From an uncultured Acidobacteriota bacterium (lineage in GTDB: Bacteria; Acidobacteriota; UBA6911): a stretch of 64,000 nucleotides of DNA. Positions within the stretch are counted from its first letter, which is position 1; each line of letters begins with the position of its first letter. The translations under genes were made by a program, and so were the position numbers. The notes beneath the pieces are model-generated. The model worked only from the letters and a program-made list of their open reading frames with translations. It was not told where the DNA came from and ran no database searches. Of this stretch, positions 1 to 9,227 are shown one piece after another. Location of the stretch: NCBI GenBank assembly GCA_963843575.1, contig CAWJKZ010000014.1, positions 320,001 to 384,000 on the forward strand, written 5' to 3'.

Positions 1-471
1 GGCAAGCCTATGCTGGACACCTTCGTCCGCGGTCGAGAAGACCACGCGCAGCGTTGGTCCGTCCTCGAGCTCGATCAACGCCTCGCGTTCCCTGATGCGC
101 GTAAAGGGCCCCGATCCCTCCCCCGGCGGAGACACGAATCGCTGGAGCGCAATCATCTCGGCCCCGGCTAGTGGGGCGAGGAATTCCTTCTCCTCGTAAG
201 GGGTGATGTAGAGGTCCGCCGGGCTCCGGATTTCCTGCGACAGCCGCTCGCGGAGCACGGTCTCGTGCAGGTAACGGTCGAGCACGGCGCCGTACAGGAT
301 TTTCTGCAGGCGGGTCGTCGTCACCGGCTCGGTGTACTTGAATTCGAGGGGCACCCCGATCTGATTCGTCACCAGGATTGCGCCGATGTGCCTGTCGCTG
401 AGCCGGAGGTGGCAGAAGTACCCGATCTGCCGCCCCACCGCATTTGCGTCCCGCCGTTCCTGTGGCGACAT
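1..471 (-). CDS. Hypothetical protein, 3'-truncated by window edge (absent from ORF track)
   Basis: Manual translation from ATG at 471: MSPQERRDANAVGRQIGYFCHLRLSDRHIGAILVTNQIGVPLEFKYTEPVTTTRLQKILYGAVLDRYLHETVLRERL... The frame stays open to the window edge and has GC3-rich codons and protein-like composition. Confidence 0.7.
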   Translation of the reverse strand, partial: MSPQERRDANAVGRQIGYFCHLRLSDRHIGAILVTNQIGVPLEFKYTEPVTTTRLQKILYGAVLDRYLHETVLRERLSQEIRSPADLYITPYEEKEFLAPLAGAEMIALQRFVSPPGEGSGPFTRIREREALIELEDGPTLRVVFSTADEGVQHRLA

Positions 472-623
472 AGTCCATTCCCCAGGATGTTATCGGCCGG
501 GTTTGCGGGATTCTTTATCTGCGGGGCAACTCGGGGGGGATAGGGGGGAACCAGACGGCGGCCGGCGATCCTCAGCACGATCGCCGGCCGCTGTTTCCGG
601 TATTGGGACGGGCAGGGTTCGCG

Positions 624-1172
624 CTACTTGCCGATCTGAGCTTCGGCGTTCTTGATGAGCTTTTCCTCGCCGATCAGCGAGCCCTTGTTCTGCGTCTTGT
701 AAATGAAATCCAGGAACTCCTTCGCCTTGCGGGACGCCGTGTTTCTCAGCACGTAGGCTTTGGCGAGCGCGTTCATCGCCTCGGTCATCTTCCCTGTGTT
801 CTTCAGGGCCGCGCCGTAGAAGTAGTAGGTCTCGCCCAAGCGGGGCCGGAGCGCTATGAGTTTTTCCGACAGGGCGATGACCGCTGGAAACTTCTCCGAC
901 TTGGATAGCAGCTCCAGCACCTGCAAATAGCTCGCCTGGGCATAGTCGTTGAGCTTGGAGTTCGGCCGTTCCTTCATGAACTGCAGCAGCAGGTCCGCAC
1001 GCTTCGTCAGGTCGGGTATCGCCACCAGCTTCTGCGTGCGCTCGTAATCCTCCCGGTACTGTTTCTGTTCGGCGGTTTCATCCTCCTGCGCCCGAAGTTC
1101 GCCCGTGCCGAACCAGAAGACGAGTCCCACGATGGCCACGAAGCGCAGAAAAAGAGTCGTCAGCTTGGACAT
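624..1172 (-). CDS. Secreted TPR-like helical repeat protein
   Basis: ATG at 1172 after a GAGGAGG RBS; signal peptide (FLRFVAIVGLVFWFGTGELRA|Q); TPR-like segment YYFYGAALKNTGKMTEAMNALAKA. Confidence 0.75.
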   Translation of the reverse strand: MSKLTTLFLRFVAIVGLVFWFGTGELRAQEDETAEQKQYREDYERTQKLVAIPDLTKRADLLLQFMKERPNSKLNDYAQASYLQVLELLSKSEKFPAVIALSEKLIALRPRLGETYYFYGAALKNTGKMTEAMNALAKAYVLRNTASRKAKEFLDFIYKTQNKGSLIGEEKLIKNAEAQIGK

Positions 1173-1197
1173 GAAAACCCTCCTCAAAGCATGCCTA

Positions 1198-1226
1198 TTT
1201 ACAATTGCCGCGTAAGGTGCTAAATA
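1198..1226 (+). promoter_or_regulatory. Possible sigma70 promoter of tRNA-Val
   Basis: TTTACA-N17-TAAATA with TG upstream of the -10, in an AT-rich patch just upstream of the tRNA. Confidence 0.4.
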
Positions 1227-1240
1227 AACGACGCTCAAAA

Positions 1241-1316
1241 GGGCGCCTAGCTCAGCTGGTAGAGCACTGCGATCACACCGCAGGGGTCACAGGTTCGAGT
1301 CCTGTGGCGCCCACCA
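1241..1316 (+). tRNA. tRNA-Val(CAC)
   Basis: GGGCGCC acceptor stem; D arm TAGCTCAGCTGGTAGAGC; anticodon stem CTGCG/CGCAG with loop ATCACAC; GGTTCGAGTCC T arm; encoded CCA. Confidence 0.96.
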
Positions 1317-1343
1317 GAACCCTTACCCCCCTGCCGTCGCGCT

Positions 1344-1853
1344 TCAGTCGTCTTGGGTAGCAGGCCCCATTTTATCCAGACTCTCGAGAATTTGGTTCAA
1401 ATTGTTGCGCCATTCGTGCACTTCAGCCTGACCGGCGAAGGTGTCGGTACCTGCGGCGCCTGCCGCGCCGGGTCTCGGCTCCGGTCTCATGGGGGAGGAG
1501 AGGGCGCTGTCACTCCCTGCCCCGGCCAACACCATCCGGATTTCCTCGGCATCACGCTGCAGTAGGGCTATCTCCTGGTCCTGACGCGCCGCCACCCTTT
1601 GCAGGCCGTCCAGTTCTCGTCGCCGCCGCCGTATCTGCCGGTCCATGGAGCGGACGAGGGCGCTGGTCTTGGCTACCTCGTGCTGTGCCTCGGTTACCTC
1701 GTTCTGCTTCTCGTCGAGGAGGCTCTGGAGCTTCTCGAGTTCCGCCTCCAACAGGCGGACGCGCGCGCTGGAAAAGTAAAGCGCGTGTATCAGGAATCCC
1801 GCCGAGAAAAAGGCTGCGGCCAACAGGGCCAGCGAAAGATAAACGACAAGCAT
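1344..1853 (-). CDS. Membrane-anchored coiled-coil hypothetical protein
   Basis: From MLVVYLSLALLAAAFF (N-terminal TM helix), followed by a long heptad-like helix LEAELEKLQSLLDEKQNEV... Confidence 0.65.
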   Translation of the reverse strand: MLVVYLSLALLAAAFFSAGFLIHALYFSSARVRLLEAELEKLQSLLDEKQNEVTEAQHEVAKTSALVRSMDRQIRRRRRELDGLQRVAARQDQEIALLQRDAEEIRMVLAGAGSDSALSSPMRPEPRPGAAGAAGTDTFAGQAEVHEWRNNLNQILESLDKMGPATQDD

Positions 1854-2060
1854 GCCGGACCTCACTTTCGGCTGTGCTGCCACGAACTCGTGCGCCGGTT
1901 CGTCTGGCGCCAGAACTGCCCGTTGTCCGCGCCCGCCGCTCCCGTGCTTCCCTTCCCCTGGGCGGCAGCTGCCGGGGGCGAGGCAAACGGCACACCGTGG
2001 CCGGCCGTGGATCTGCTCCAACCAGGCGACCGGCGCGTCAGCGCCGCGCGTGCGCACCCG

Positions 2061-3434
2061 TCACTGCGCCGCCGACCTGGCGTTGATTCGCCGCAGGGCC
2101 TGGTTCGCGATCGCAGCGATCTGGCCTCGCTTGTCCTTGCTCAGATCCTGAAGTGCCGGGATAGCCCGGTTGTCTCCCGCCATCCCCAGAACTTCCGCCA
2201 GACCCTCGCGCACGTTGACGTCGGTGAGCCTCGTGAGGGCAAACAGATCGTTCATCTCTTCCGGCCGGGTCTCGACCAGGTACTGCCTGGCCTCGTTGTT
2301 GGTTTTTCGCGAGCCCAGCGCTTTGGCGACCTCCTCCAGATATTCCTTCCGTCCCATACGATAGAGCGCGAATGCTTGAGCCGTAGCCACCCGCCCGTCC
2401 TTCTCACGCAGACGGTCGCGCGAGATGTCGGTGACCATGGACGCATCGCCCAGGCGGGCGAGTCCCTCGTATGCCCGGAGGCGCAACGGGTTCTCCGGGT
2501 TGCGGCTTTCTTTGACAAAGAGCTCCTTCGACGCCGGGGAGGCGATAAAAGCGAGAGCATCCAGCAGACGCTCCCGGTAGTCCTTGTCGATGTCTTTGGC
2601 CGGCAGGCTCCCCTGCTTCTCAAAGATCCGGGTCAATTCGGGGACGGCTTCGGCATATCGGAAGCGGCCGATGGTGTAAATGGCTTCGTTCCGAACCTTG
2701 GAGTCGTTGTACGCCACAAAACTCATGAGGTCGCGGGCTGCGGCCGGGTCGCCGATCTTTCGAATGGCGCGCACCGCATCGAAACGAACCGCGTTGCTGC
2801 GGTCCTGACGCGACGTTTCGAGCAGGGCCGGCAGCGCCTCTTTCCCTCGCACGATGCCCAACCCGCGTGCACTGCGCGCACGGATACCTTCGTCCGCATC
2901 CTGCAACCTGCCCTGCAACGCCCCGACGGCGCTCGGGTCGACACGGATTCCCGGTTCAACCACGATGTCGGCCCACTCATCCGACCAGGGATTGAAAAAA
3001 TTGGCGACCTTGTTCAGGGTGACGACCAGGCCGCTCTCCTGCGGGAGATAGAGGTTGATCAGTCCGACGATGCAACGATCTCGGATGTCCTTCTCGGGAT
3101 CGCTGCTCAGCCGCACGAAGGCGGGCAGCGCGCGGATGTCCAACATCTTGTCGAGTGCAACGACGATCTCGCGGCGCACCTCCGCATCCGTGTCGCCCGC
3201 CGCCGCGACCAGGTCGGGGGTAGCCTTCTGGATCTTGTTGGCGCCCAGCGCGACCGCCGCTTCCTTGCGACGAACCGGATCGGGATTCTTCAGGTCGTAA
3301 ATGAGGCTGTCGACCGGAACCTGGCGCGTCTGTTTCTGCGCGAGTAGGTCCCTGGCCGACACGGTGAGCGACAGAAACACGGCCAGCACGGCGGCGCGTC
3401 GCGCAAGGCCGGCGCGCGTCGGTCTCATAGTCAT
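2061..3434 (-). CDS. Secreted HEAT/PBS-lyase repeat protein
   Basis: Signal peptide (RRAAVLAVFLSLTVSA), then many DPDPxVRxxAAxALG-type repeats (LKNPDPVRRKEAAVALG, LQDADEGIRARSARGLG, DVNVREGLAEVLG). Confidence 0.85.
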   Translation of the reverse strand: MTMRPTRAGLARRAAVLAVFLSLTVSARDLLAQKQTRQVPVDSLIYDLKNPDPVRRKEAAVALGANKIQKATPDLVAAAGDTDAEVRREIVVALDKMLDIRALPAFVRLSSDPEKDIRDRCIVGLINLYLPQESGLVVTLNKVANFFNPWSDEWADIVVEPGIRVDPSAVGALQGRLQDADEGIRARSARGLGIVRGKEALPALLETSRQDRSNAVRFDAVRAIRKIGDPAAARDLMSFVAYNDSKVRNEAIYTIGRFRYAEAVPELTRIFEKQGSLPAKDIDKDYRERLLDALAFIASPASKELFVKESRNPENPLRLRAYEGLARLGDASMVTDISRDRLREKDGRVATAQAFALYRMGRKEYLEEVAKALGSRKTNNEARQYLVETRPEEMNDLFALTRLTDVNVREGLAEVLGMAGDNRAIPALQDLSKDKRGQIAAIANQALRRINARSAAQ

Positions 3435-3616
3435 CGAAGTTCTCCCGTGTAATGAGCGGCGAGACGCCACACCTCGGCACATCTGGCGTGCATCCTTTGG
3501 CCTTCGTGGGACAAATCTGGTTTTGTGCAGTACGCGCGCAGTCTGCCACTTTTGCGCAGACGATTCAAGCGGTCCGCTCGGCCCTTCCGGGGCGGGCCGG
3601 CTGCCTGCTGCGGCCG

Positions 3617-3838
3617 TCAAGGGTTCGGGCGCCACAGGTCGCTGCACAATCGCGCCCGATCGGGCTCGATGAAAGCGTTCCCTTCGAAAGGATGGACTTG
3701 CCCGCAGAAGCGGCAGTTGACCCTCCCGTCGCCATAGATGGGGCTCGCGATCGCGTCGCGCCCGGATGTCCGTATCCCAGTGTCGAATGCCTCTCGAGTC
3801 TTCGGACAGCGCACCATGATCCTGTAGACCTGCGCCAT
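3617..3838 (-). CDS. Small putative Zn-ribbon protein (C...CxxCGxxH)
   Basis: MAQVYRIMVRCPKT...VNCRFCGQVHPF, 73 aa, with a GGAGGGG RBS upstream. Confidence 0.65.
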   Translation of the reverse strand: MAQVYRIMVRCPKTREAFDTGIRTSGRDAIASPIYGDGRVNCRFCGQVHPFEGNAFIEPDRARLCSDLWRPNP

Positions 3839-3918
3839 GCATTCCCCTCCCCCGTGCGAGTGATTATAGAGCAAGACGGACGGGCCCGAGCGGGGATGCG
3901 CTGGCGCTAACGCATTCA

Positions 3919-4773
3919 CTAGGTCTCTTTCGGGTACCACATGGTTGATAAGTCGTACTGGGTAAAGCCGGGGGACACTGCGCCGGTCGTCGCGTATCTA
4001 TAGAGCGCTGCGACGAAGATTCCGTGGGTGGCGGAACTGATCACGGACAGCAGAAGGATGTAGACGACGAGCAACCCGAGGCCGATAAACAGACCGGGCT
4101 GTCCGGCGAGCAGATGTCCGCACAACGGAAACAACGCCCCGGGGACTGCCAGAAAGAAATAAATAAGGCCGAAGCTGAGACCTCCGGCGACCTCTTCTCC
4201 CCAGGTTTTCCGGAACAGTTCGGAGGAGCGCCTCAGGGCTTCGAATGGCCCCATCCCTTCGAAGGCCAGTACCGGAACGACCAGAAAGCTGGCCAGCGTC
4301 CAGACGAGGCCGATCAGGCCGACGACGATCCTGCCGACGAATGAAGCGCGCTGCTCGATCATCTTCAGAACCGTACCGACCGTGGCAGCCAGCAACGCCC
4401 ATTGCAGAATGACACCCTTGCGCCGCCACGCGAGACGGAGCCCGTCCTCCAGGGTTGGATCGCCCCCCTGAAGCCGGATGGCCGCCGCACCCACCAGTGC
4501 GGTGTTGAAATAGGCGATGACGAAGTAGTTCGGGAAATAAAGCAGGAAAGAAGCGGTGAACAAGAACCCGGGTGTCGGCTTCCACGGTGCACGGGAAACC
4601 ATTGCGTCGCTGATCGAAGGGTAGTAGAAGAGCACGCCCCAGAAAAAAAACTGCGTCGTGACGAACACGCAGAAGATGGCGGACAGCACGGGGAGCCACA
4701 TCAGTTCCTTGTCCGCCTTCAAGACGCGGAAACTCTGCCCCACGAGATCCCAGCTCCTGGCAATCCTTCCCAT
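3919..4773 (-). CDS. Integral membrane protein, DUF6159-like
   Basis: MGRIARSWDLVGQSFRVLKADKELMWLP... multiple TM helices; ALRRSSELFRKTWGE and ALYRYATTG motifs typical of this family. Confidence 0.75.
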   Translation of the reverse strand: MGRIARSWDLVGQSFRVLKADKELMWLPVLSAIFCVFVTTQFFFWGVLFYYPSISDAMVSRAPWKPTPGFLFTASFLLYFPNYFVIAYFNTALVGAAAIRLQGGDPTLEDGLRLAWRRKGVILQWALLAATVGTVLKMIEQRASFVGRIVVGLIGLVWTLASFLVVPVLAFEGMGPFEALRRSSELFRKTWGEEVAGGLSFGLIYFFLAVPGALFPLCGHLLAGQPGLFIGLGLLVVYILLLSVISSATHGIFVAALYRYATTGAVSPGFTQYDLSTMWYPKET

Positions 4774-4884
4774 AGATTCCCCCGCGTGACGTATCGGCTC
4801 AATTACACCGCCGAACCGGGGAATATTCCTGAAAAAGACGGGGCATGATGCGCGGTGCCCAGTCTTTTTGCGGCTGGCTCGGGT

Positions 4885-5588
4885 TCATGCCGGCAGAGCG
4901 CCTGGCCACTCGCCCGGTTGCAGCTCTTCCGGAGGGAGGCCCCGGCGGAAGAGTCGCGCCCCGGTGGTTCCACCGAGGCGCACACGCGAGTCGTCGACCC
5001 TCAGGATGGCTCCTTCGCGCAGGGCGACAACCGGGAGGTCGTTTTCCTCGAGAAACTCGCGCAGCCGCACCTCGCGGGTCTCCCCCATGTGGGTCGAGTT
5101 CGGGTCGGGATCAAGGTAGTGGGCGTTGATCTGAAATGCCACCAGGCCCAGCGCCTCGAAAGAGGACGGTTCGACGATGGGCATGTCGTTGGTCGTCTTC
5201 AGTGTCGGGCAGGCCACGACCGATCCGGCGCTCGATCCGATGTAGGGGGCGCCTGACGCGACGCGGGCCCGGATGGCATCAAGCAGGTCATGGTCGTACA
5301 GGCTCTTGAGCAGCCTGAACGTGTTCCCCCCGCCGACGAAGATCGCCTCGGCACCCCCCACCGCCGCGCGCGGTGACGGCGCACGATGCAGGGATCGGAG
5401 ATCGTAACCCATCGGCGGCGAAATCGTTCCCGCGCGCGGGCTTCGTAAGCGTCCCGGTCCCACAGCGCGTAAGGTACGAACAATACGCGCCCGACCGCGC
5501 CCAGGCGATCCCGGATTTCCGCTTCGGCGTGGTCCAGATAGCCGCGTCCGAACATCGTCGAGTTGCTGATCAGGAGCAGTCGCTTCAT
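4885..5588 (-). CDS. pepE: Dipeptidase E (peptidase S51), frameshifted near 5370-5420
   Basis: N-terminus MKRLLLISNSTMFGRGYLDHA in one frame; IFVGGGNTF, YIGSSAG, TTNDMPIV and HMGETRE in another. Confidence 0.9.
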
Positions 5589-5792
5589 TCCTTTGCCTCC
5601 AATCGGGGTGCCACACGGCCGGGTGGTCCGGTCCAGCGGTCGAGCCCCCGAAGCCCGATTATACGGGCAAGTCCCCCCCTGCGCGCGCCGAATGATGCGC
5701 ACGAACGCCCCGAATCGGGTAGTATTCAGGGGCGCGGAGCCGGGCTGTCCTGCTCTGCCGGACAGCTTCGTCTAGCTGGGAGGGGAAACGCG

Positions 5793-6354
5793 ATGATCAG
5801 ACTGGCTATCATCATTGGGAGCACCCGGCCGGGGCGCAAGGCCGACGTCGTGGCCCGGTGGGTCTATGAAATCGCGCGGCGGCGCAAGAGACGCCGAGTT
5901 TGAGCTGGTGGATATTCGGGATTACAACCTCCCGCTGCTCGACGAACCGGTCCCGCCGTCCATGGGACAGTACTCGCAGCCACACACCAAGACCTGGGCC
6001 GCCAAAATCGACTCCTTCGACGCCTTCGTGTTTGTGACGCCCGAGTACAACCACGGGACCTCCGGCGCCCTCAAGAACGCCATCGACTACCTCTACCGCG
6101 AGTGGAACAACAAGGCCGCCGGCTTCGTCGCCTATGGCAGCGCGGGCGGGGTCCGGGCCGTGGAGCAGTTGCGGCTGGTCATGGGCGAGCTGCAGGTGGC
6201 CGACGTGCGTGCTCAGGTCGCGCTCTCGCTCTTCAGCGATTTCGAGAATTTCACCACCTTCAAGCCCGCGGCGCGCCACGAGCGCTCCGTCGACACCATG
6301 CTGGATCAGGTCATCGCCTGGGGCGAGGTCTTGAAGACGCTGCGGAACAAGTGA
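5793..6354 (+). CDS. NADPH-dependent FMN reductase family protein, frameshifted near 5885
   Basis: MIRLAIIIGSTRPGR joined to FVTPEYNHGTSGALKNAIDYLYREWNNK...YGSAGGVRAVEQLR. Confidence 0.9.
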
Positions 6355-6421
6355 CACGGCGGACCGATCGCCTGCAGACGCGACTTTCCCCGTTTCCGGA
6401 TGGAACGGACTGGAGAACCCG

Positions 6422-6595
6422 ATGACTGTCGTCCCGGCACTCTCCCAAACCCTCGTCGAATATGGCGCGCTTATGTCCGGGCTGGCGGCGATCCACACCA
6501 CCGTCGAAGGCTACGTCGGTCGGGGCCACCTGAAGTACGTCGTGATGGTCCTCCTTTGCCTCCTTGTCTTTATGTGGCTGCGGCAACGTCGCTAG
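6422..6595 (+). CDS. Small (57 aa) membrane protein
   Basis: GGAGA RBS; MTVVPALSQTLVEYGALMSGLAAIHTTVEGYVGRGHLKYVVMVLLCLLVFMWLRQRR*; C-terminal TM helix followed by basic residues. Confidence 0.55.
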   Translation: MTVVPALSQTLVEYGALMSGLAAIHTTVEGYVGRGHLKYVVMVLLCLLVFMWLRQRR

Positions 6596-6613
6596 GCGCA
6601 GGGCCGGGCCGGC

Positions 6614-9160
6614 TCATGCATTCCGGTCCGGCCCTGTCGTGGCTGCCTGGCGCACTATGGCTTGGCCCAGCCCCTCTATGGTTGGGTAATCGAAAAGCAG
6701 TCGCAGAGTCACATCGAGCCCGAATACCGCTCGTATCCGTGACAGCAACTGTGTCGCCATGAGCGAGTGCCCGCCGAGAGCAAAGAAATCGTCGAAGATG
6801 CCAACCTGCGGAATCGCGAAGACTTCGGACCAGATCAGCGCCAGCTGCTCTTCCACCTGGTTGCGCGGGGCTGCGTACGGGGTGTCCAGGACAGGCCGGA
6901 GCTCCTCCATGGCAGCCAACGCCCTGCGGTCCGTCTTGCCGTTGGAGGTCAAGGGCATCGATTCCAGTCGAACAAACCGCGACGGGAGCATGTATTCGGG
7001 GAGTGTGGCGCGCAGATGTCCGCGCAGGCCCGAAGGCGTTGGAACGGTTTGACCTTGGGCAACCCAGCAGGCGAGGAGCTGCTTGTCTCCCTGATCGTTC
7101 TCCTGCAAGACCACGGCACACCTGGACACCCCGGCATGCTCAGCCAGCCTGGTTTCGATCTCCTTGAGCTCGATCCGAAAACCCCGGACCTTCACCTGCG
7201 TATCCCGTCGCCCCAAGATCTCGAGATTCCCCCCGGGCAGCCAGCGTCCCCGATCCCCGGTCCGGAAGAGCCGCGCACCGGGGGGCCGGCCGAACACGTG
7301 CGGGATGAAACGCTCGGCTGTCTCGGCCGGGTCGTTCACATAGCCCTCGACCAATTCTCCCCCCAGGTATACCTCCCCCGGCACACCGATCGGCGACATC
7401 CGAAGCCTGGGATCGAGGACGAATACTTCCATCAAGGGGGTAGGCCGCCCAACGTCAACTATTGCCGGATCATCGTCCAATGGGGAGCAGACGCGGCCCG
7501 TGGCGCTCGGCGCCTCGCTGCAACCATAGGAAATGACCAGCTCGCACTGCTTCAGCCTCTCGAAGAAGCGCCTCTTCAATTCGGTCGATACAGTTTCTCC
7601 GATGCACTCGACGATTCGCAGTGAGGGGCACGATCTGAGTTCTCCGGAATTCAGGAACGCGGAGAGTTGGCTGGGAGTTGCGAGGAGGCACGAGATGCGA
7701 TGTTCATCGATGAACTCGGCGAGTTTCGCGGGATCGTACTCCAGGCCCTCCGGTGCAACAAAAAGGGTCCCCCCCGACATCAGCGGACGAAGTATTTCCG
7801 CATGCGTGAAGCCTGTGCCCGAGTCGGTCTTGAGCAGGTGGCGGTCGTCCGGCGACATCGGAGCGATTCCCGGTAGCTCGTAACCTATCCCCGGTCGATG
7901 ACGCCCTATACGCTTTCTCATGATCTTCGGGGCGCCGGTCGAGCCGGAGGTCGTCATCACCGAGGCCGTGTGACCCGGGGTGACGCGGTTGGCCGGCGCC
8001 GTGCTCTGTTGACTGGCCAGCTCCGCCGCAATTTCACTGAGGCAGAGGTTCGGCCACCTTGTTTGAGCAACCCTTTTGTCGAACGGATTCTCCGTGAGGA
8101 CAACCGCAGGCGAAACCACTTCAAGGGCCGCGCGCATGCGCTCTGCGGGCGTGCCGGCATCGAGCAGGAAAATAGCGCCGCCCGCCTTGATAACCCCGAG
8201 ATAGGCCATCACCAACTCCGGCGAGCGGCGCAGGAAAATGCCGACCGGGACGTCGGGGCCGACCCCCAGGCCCTGCAGGAAGCGGGCCATCCGGTTGGCA
8301 CCCGCATCCAACTCCGCATAGCTCAGCGCGCCGCCGGAGAACACCACGGCCGCCTTGTCGGGGTTCCGGCCGGCGTGTTCCTGGAAACGAAGGTGCTGCA
8401 GATCCGGCACTGCAGGCGCATCCGGCCCGAAACTCCATGCACGGAGGAGAGCCTCTTCTTCCGGCGTCGCCAGTTCCAGCTCCCCCAACGCGGAGGCGGG
8501 ATGGGCAGAGACGACGTCCATCAGCCGGCAGTAATGCCGCGCCATCGCCTGGATGAACCTCGGCTGATAACGCTGGGCATTGTAGAAGAAGCGGGCCCAC
8601 ACGGCACCGTCGGGAGTCTCGGTCACCCAGAGACTCAATTCGCCTGCGAGAGACATCCCAGGGGCGGCCCCGGATTCCGACGCCCGGAACCGTACGGGTA
8701 ACCTCTCTTCACCCTGCCACCGCAGGGCTGCGGGGATAAGGTCGACGGAGAGACCGCCTCGTAACCGGCCGAGGACGCAGGCCGAGCGCACCTCGCCAAC
8801 AAGCTGGAGGAAGCTCCGGTCGGCTGACAACGAGGTGCGGACGGGTAGGATGACCAGGGGCTCCCCATGCAGGTGCCAGGCCACAAGGATTTCGGAGGTT
8901 CCGGAGTAGCGGAACAGAAGCGCGTGAAAAGCAGCCAGACACAATTGCGCAAGGGCGCACTCCGCGGCCGCCGCCACCAGCCTCAACCTGCCGGCGAGAT
9001 CCGCACTGATCACCTCGTCCAACCAGGCGGGTTTCCCCGCGCAGCCTTGCGGTGTCTTTCGGTCCTGAGGCAGGGACTCCTGCGGCCAAACGCCTTCGAA
9101 TGCGGCCCGCCAAAAAGCCGCTGCCTCTGCCGAATCAGTGCTGTTCCCTGTCTCGCCCAC
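6614..9160 (-). CDS. NRPS-like protein: partial C domain - atypical A domain - PCP
   Basis: AGGAGA RBS plus GTG start; TSGSTGAPK (A3), FRTGDRGR (A7), GRRDTQVKVRGFRIEL (A8), SNGKTDR (A10); PCP DDFFALGGHSL; no TE. Confidence 0.9.
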   Translation of the reverse strand: MGETGNSTDSAEAAAFWRAAFEGVWPQESLPQDRKTPQGCAGKPAWLDEVISADLAGRLRLVAAAAECALAQLCLAAFHALLFRYSGTSEILVAWHLHGEPLVILPVRTSLSADRSFLQLVGEVRSACVLGRLRGGLSVDLIPAALRWQGEERLPVRFRASESGAAPGMSLAGELSLWVTETPDGAVWARFFYNAQRYQPRFIQAMARHYCRLMDVVSAHPASALGELELATPEEEALLRAWSFGPDAPAVPDLQHLRFQEHAGRNPDKAAVVFSGGALSYAELDAGANRMARFLQGLGVGPDVPVGIFLRRSPELVMAYLGVIKAGGAIFLLDAGTPAERMRAALEVVSPAVVLTENPFDKRVAQTRWPNLCLSEIAAELASQQSTAPANRVTPGHTASVMTTSGSTGAPKIMRKRIGRHRPGIGYELPGIAPMSPDDRHLLKTDSGTGFTHAEILRPLMSGGTLFVAPEGLEYDPAKLAEFIDEHRISCLLATPSQLSAFLNSGELRSCPSLRIVECIGETVSTELKRRFFERLKQCELVISYGCSEAPSATGRVCSPLDDDPAIVDVGRPTPLMEVFVLDPRLRMSPIGVPGEVYLGGELVEGYVNDPAETAERFIPHVFGRPPGARLFRTGDRGRWLPGGNLEILGRRDTQVKVRGFRIELKEIETRLAEHAGVSRCAVVLQENDQGDKQLLACWVAQGQTVPTPSGLRGHLRATLPEYMLPSRFVRLESMPLTSNGKTDRRALAAMEELRPVLDTPYAAPRNQVEEQLALIWSEVFAIPQVGIFDDFFALGGHSLMATQLLSRIRAVFGLDVTLRLLFDYPTIEGLGQAIVRQAATTGPDRNA

Positions 9161-9227
9161 GCAAGGTCTCCTCTGCGCTGCGCGCCGGTGGGTGCGGCAG
9201 ACTCCCCGGCCTCAGCGCGCTCGCCGT

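Noticed and set aside
3627-3638. 12-bp match to the tRNA-Val 3' end (CCTGTGGCGCCC)
   Set aside because: It is inverted rather than direct, short, GC-rich and inside a coding region, so it is consistent with chance.
4885-6354. pepE and FMN reductase as NRPS tailoring or resistance genes
   Set aside because: Both are common stand-alone genes and are not in an operon with the NRPS; there is no sequence evidence of a link.
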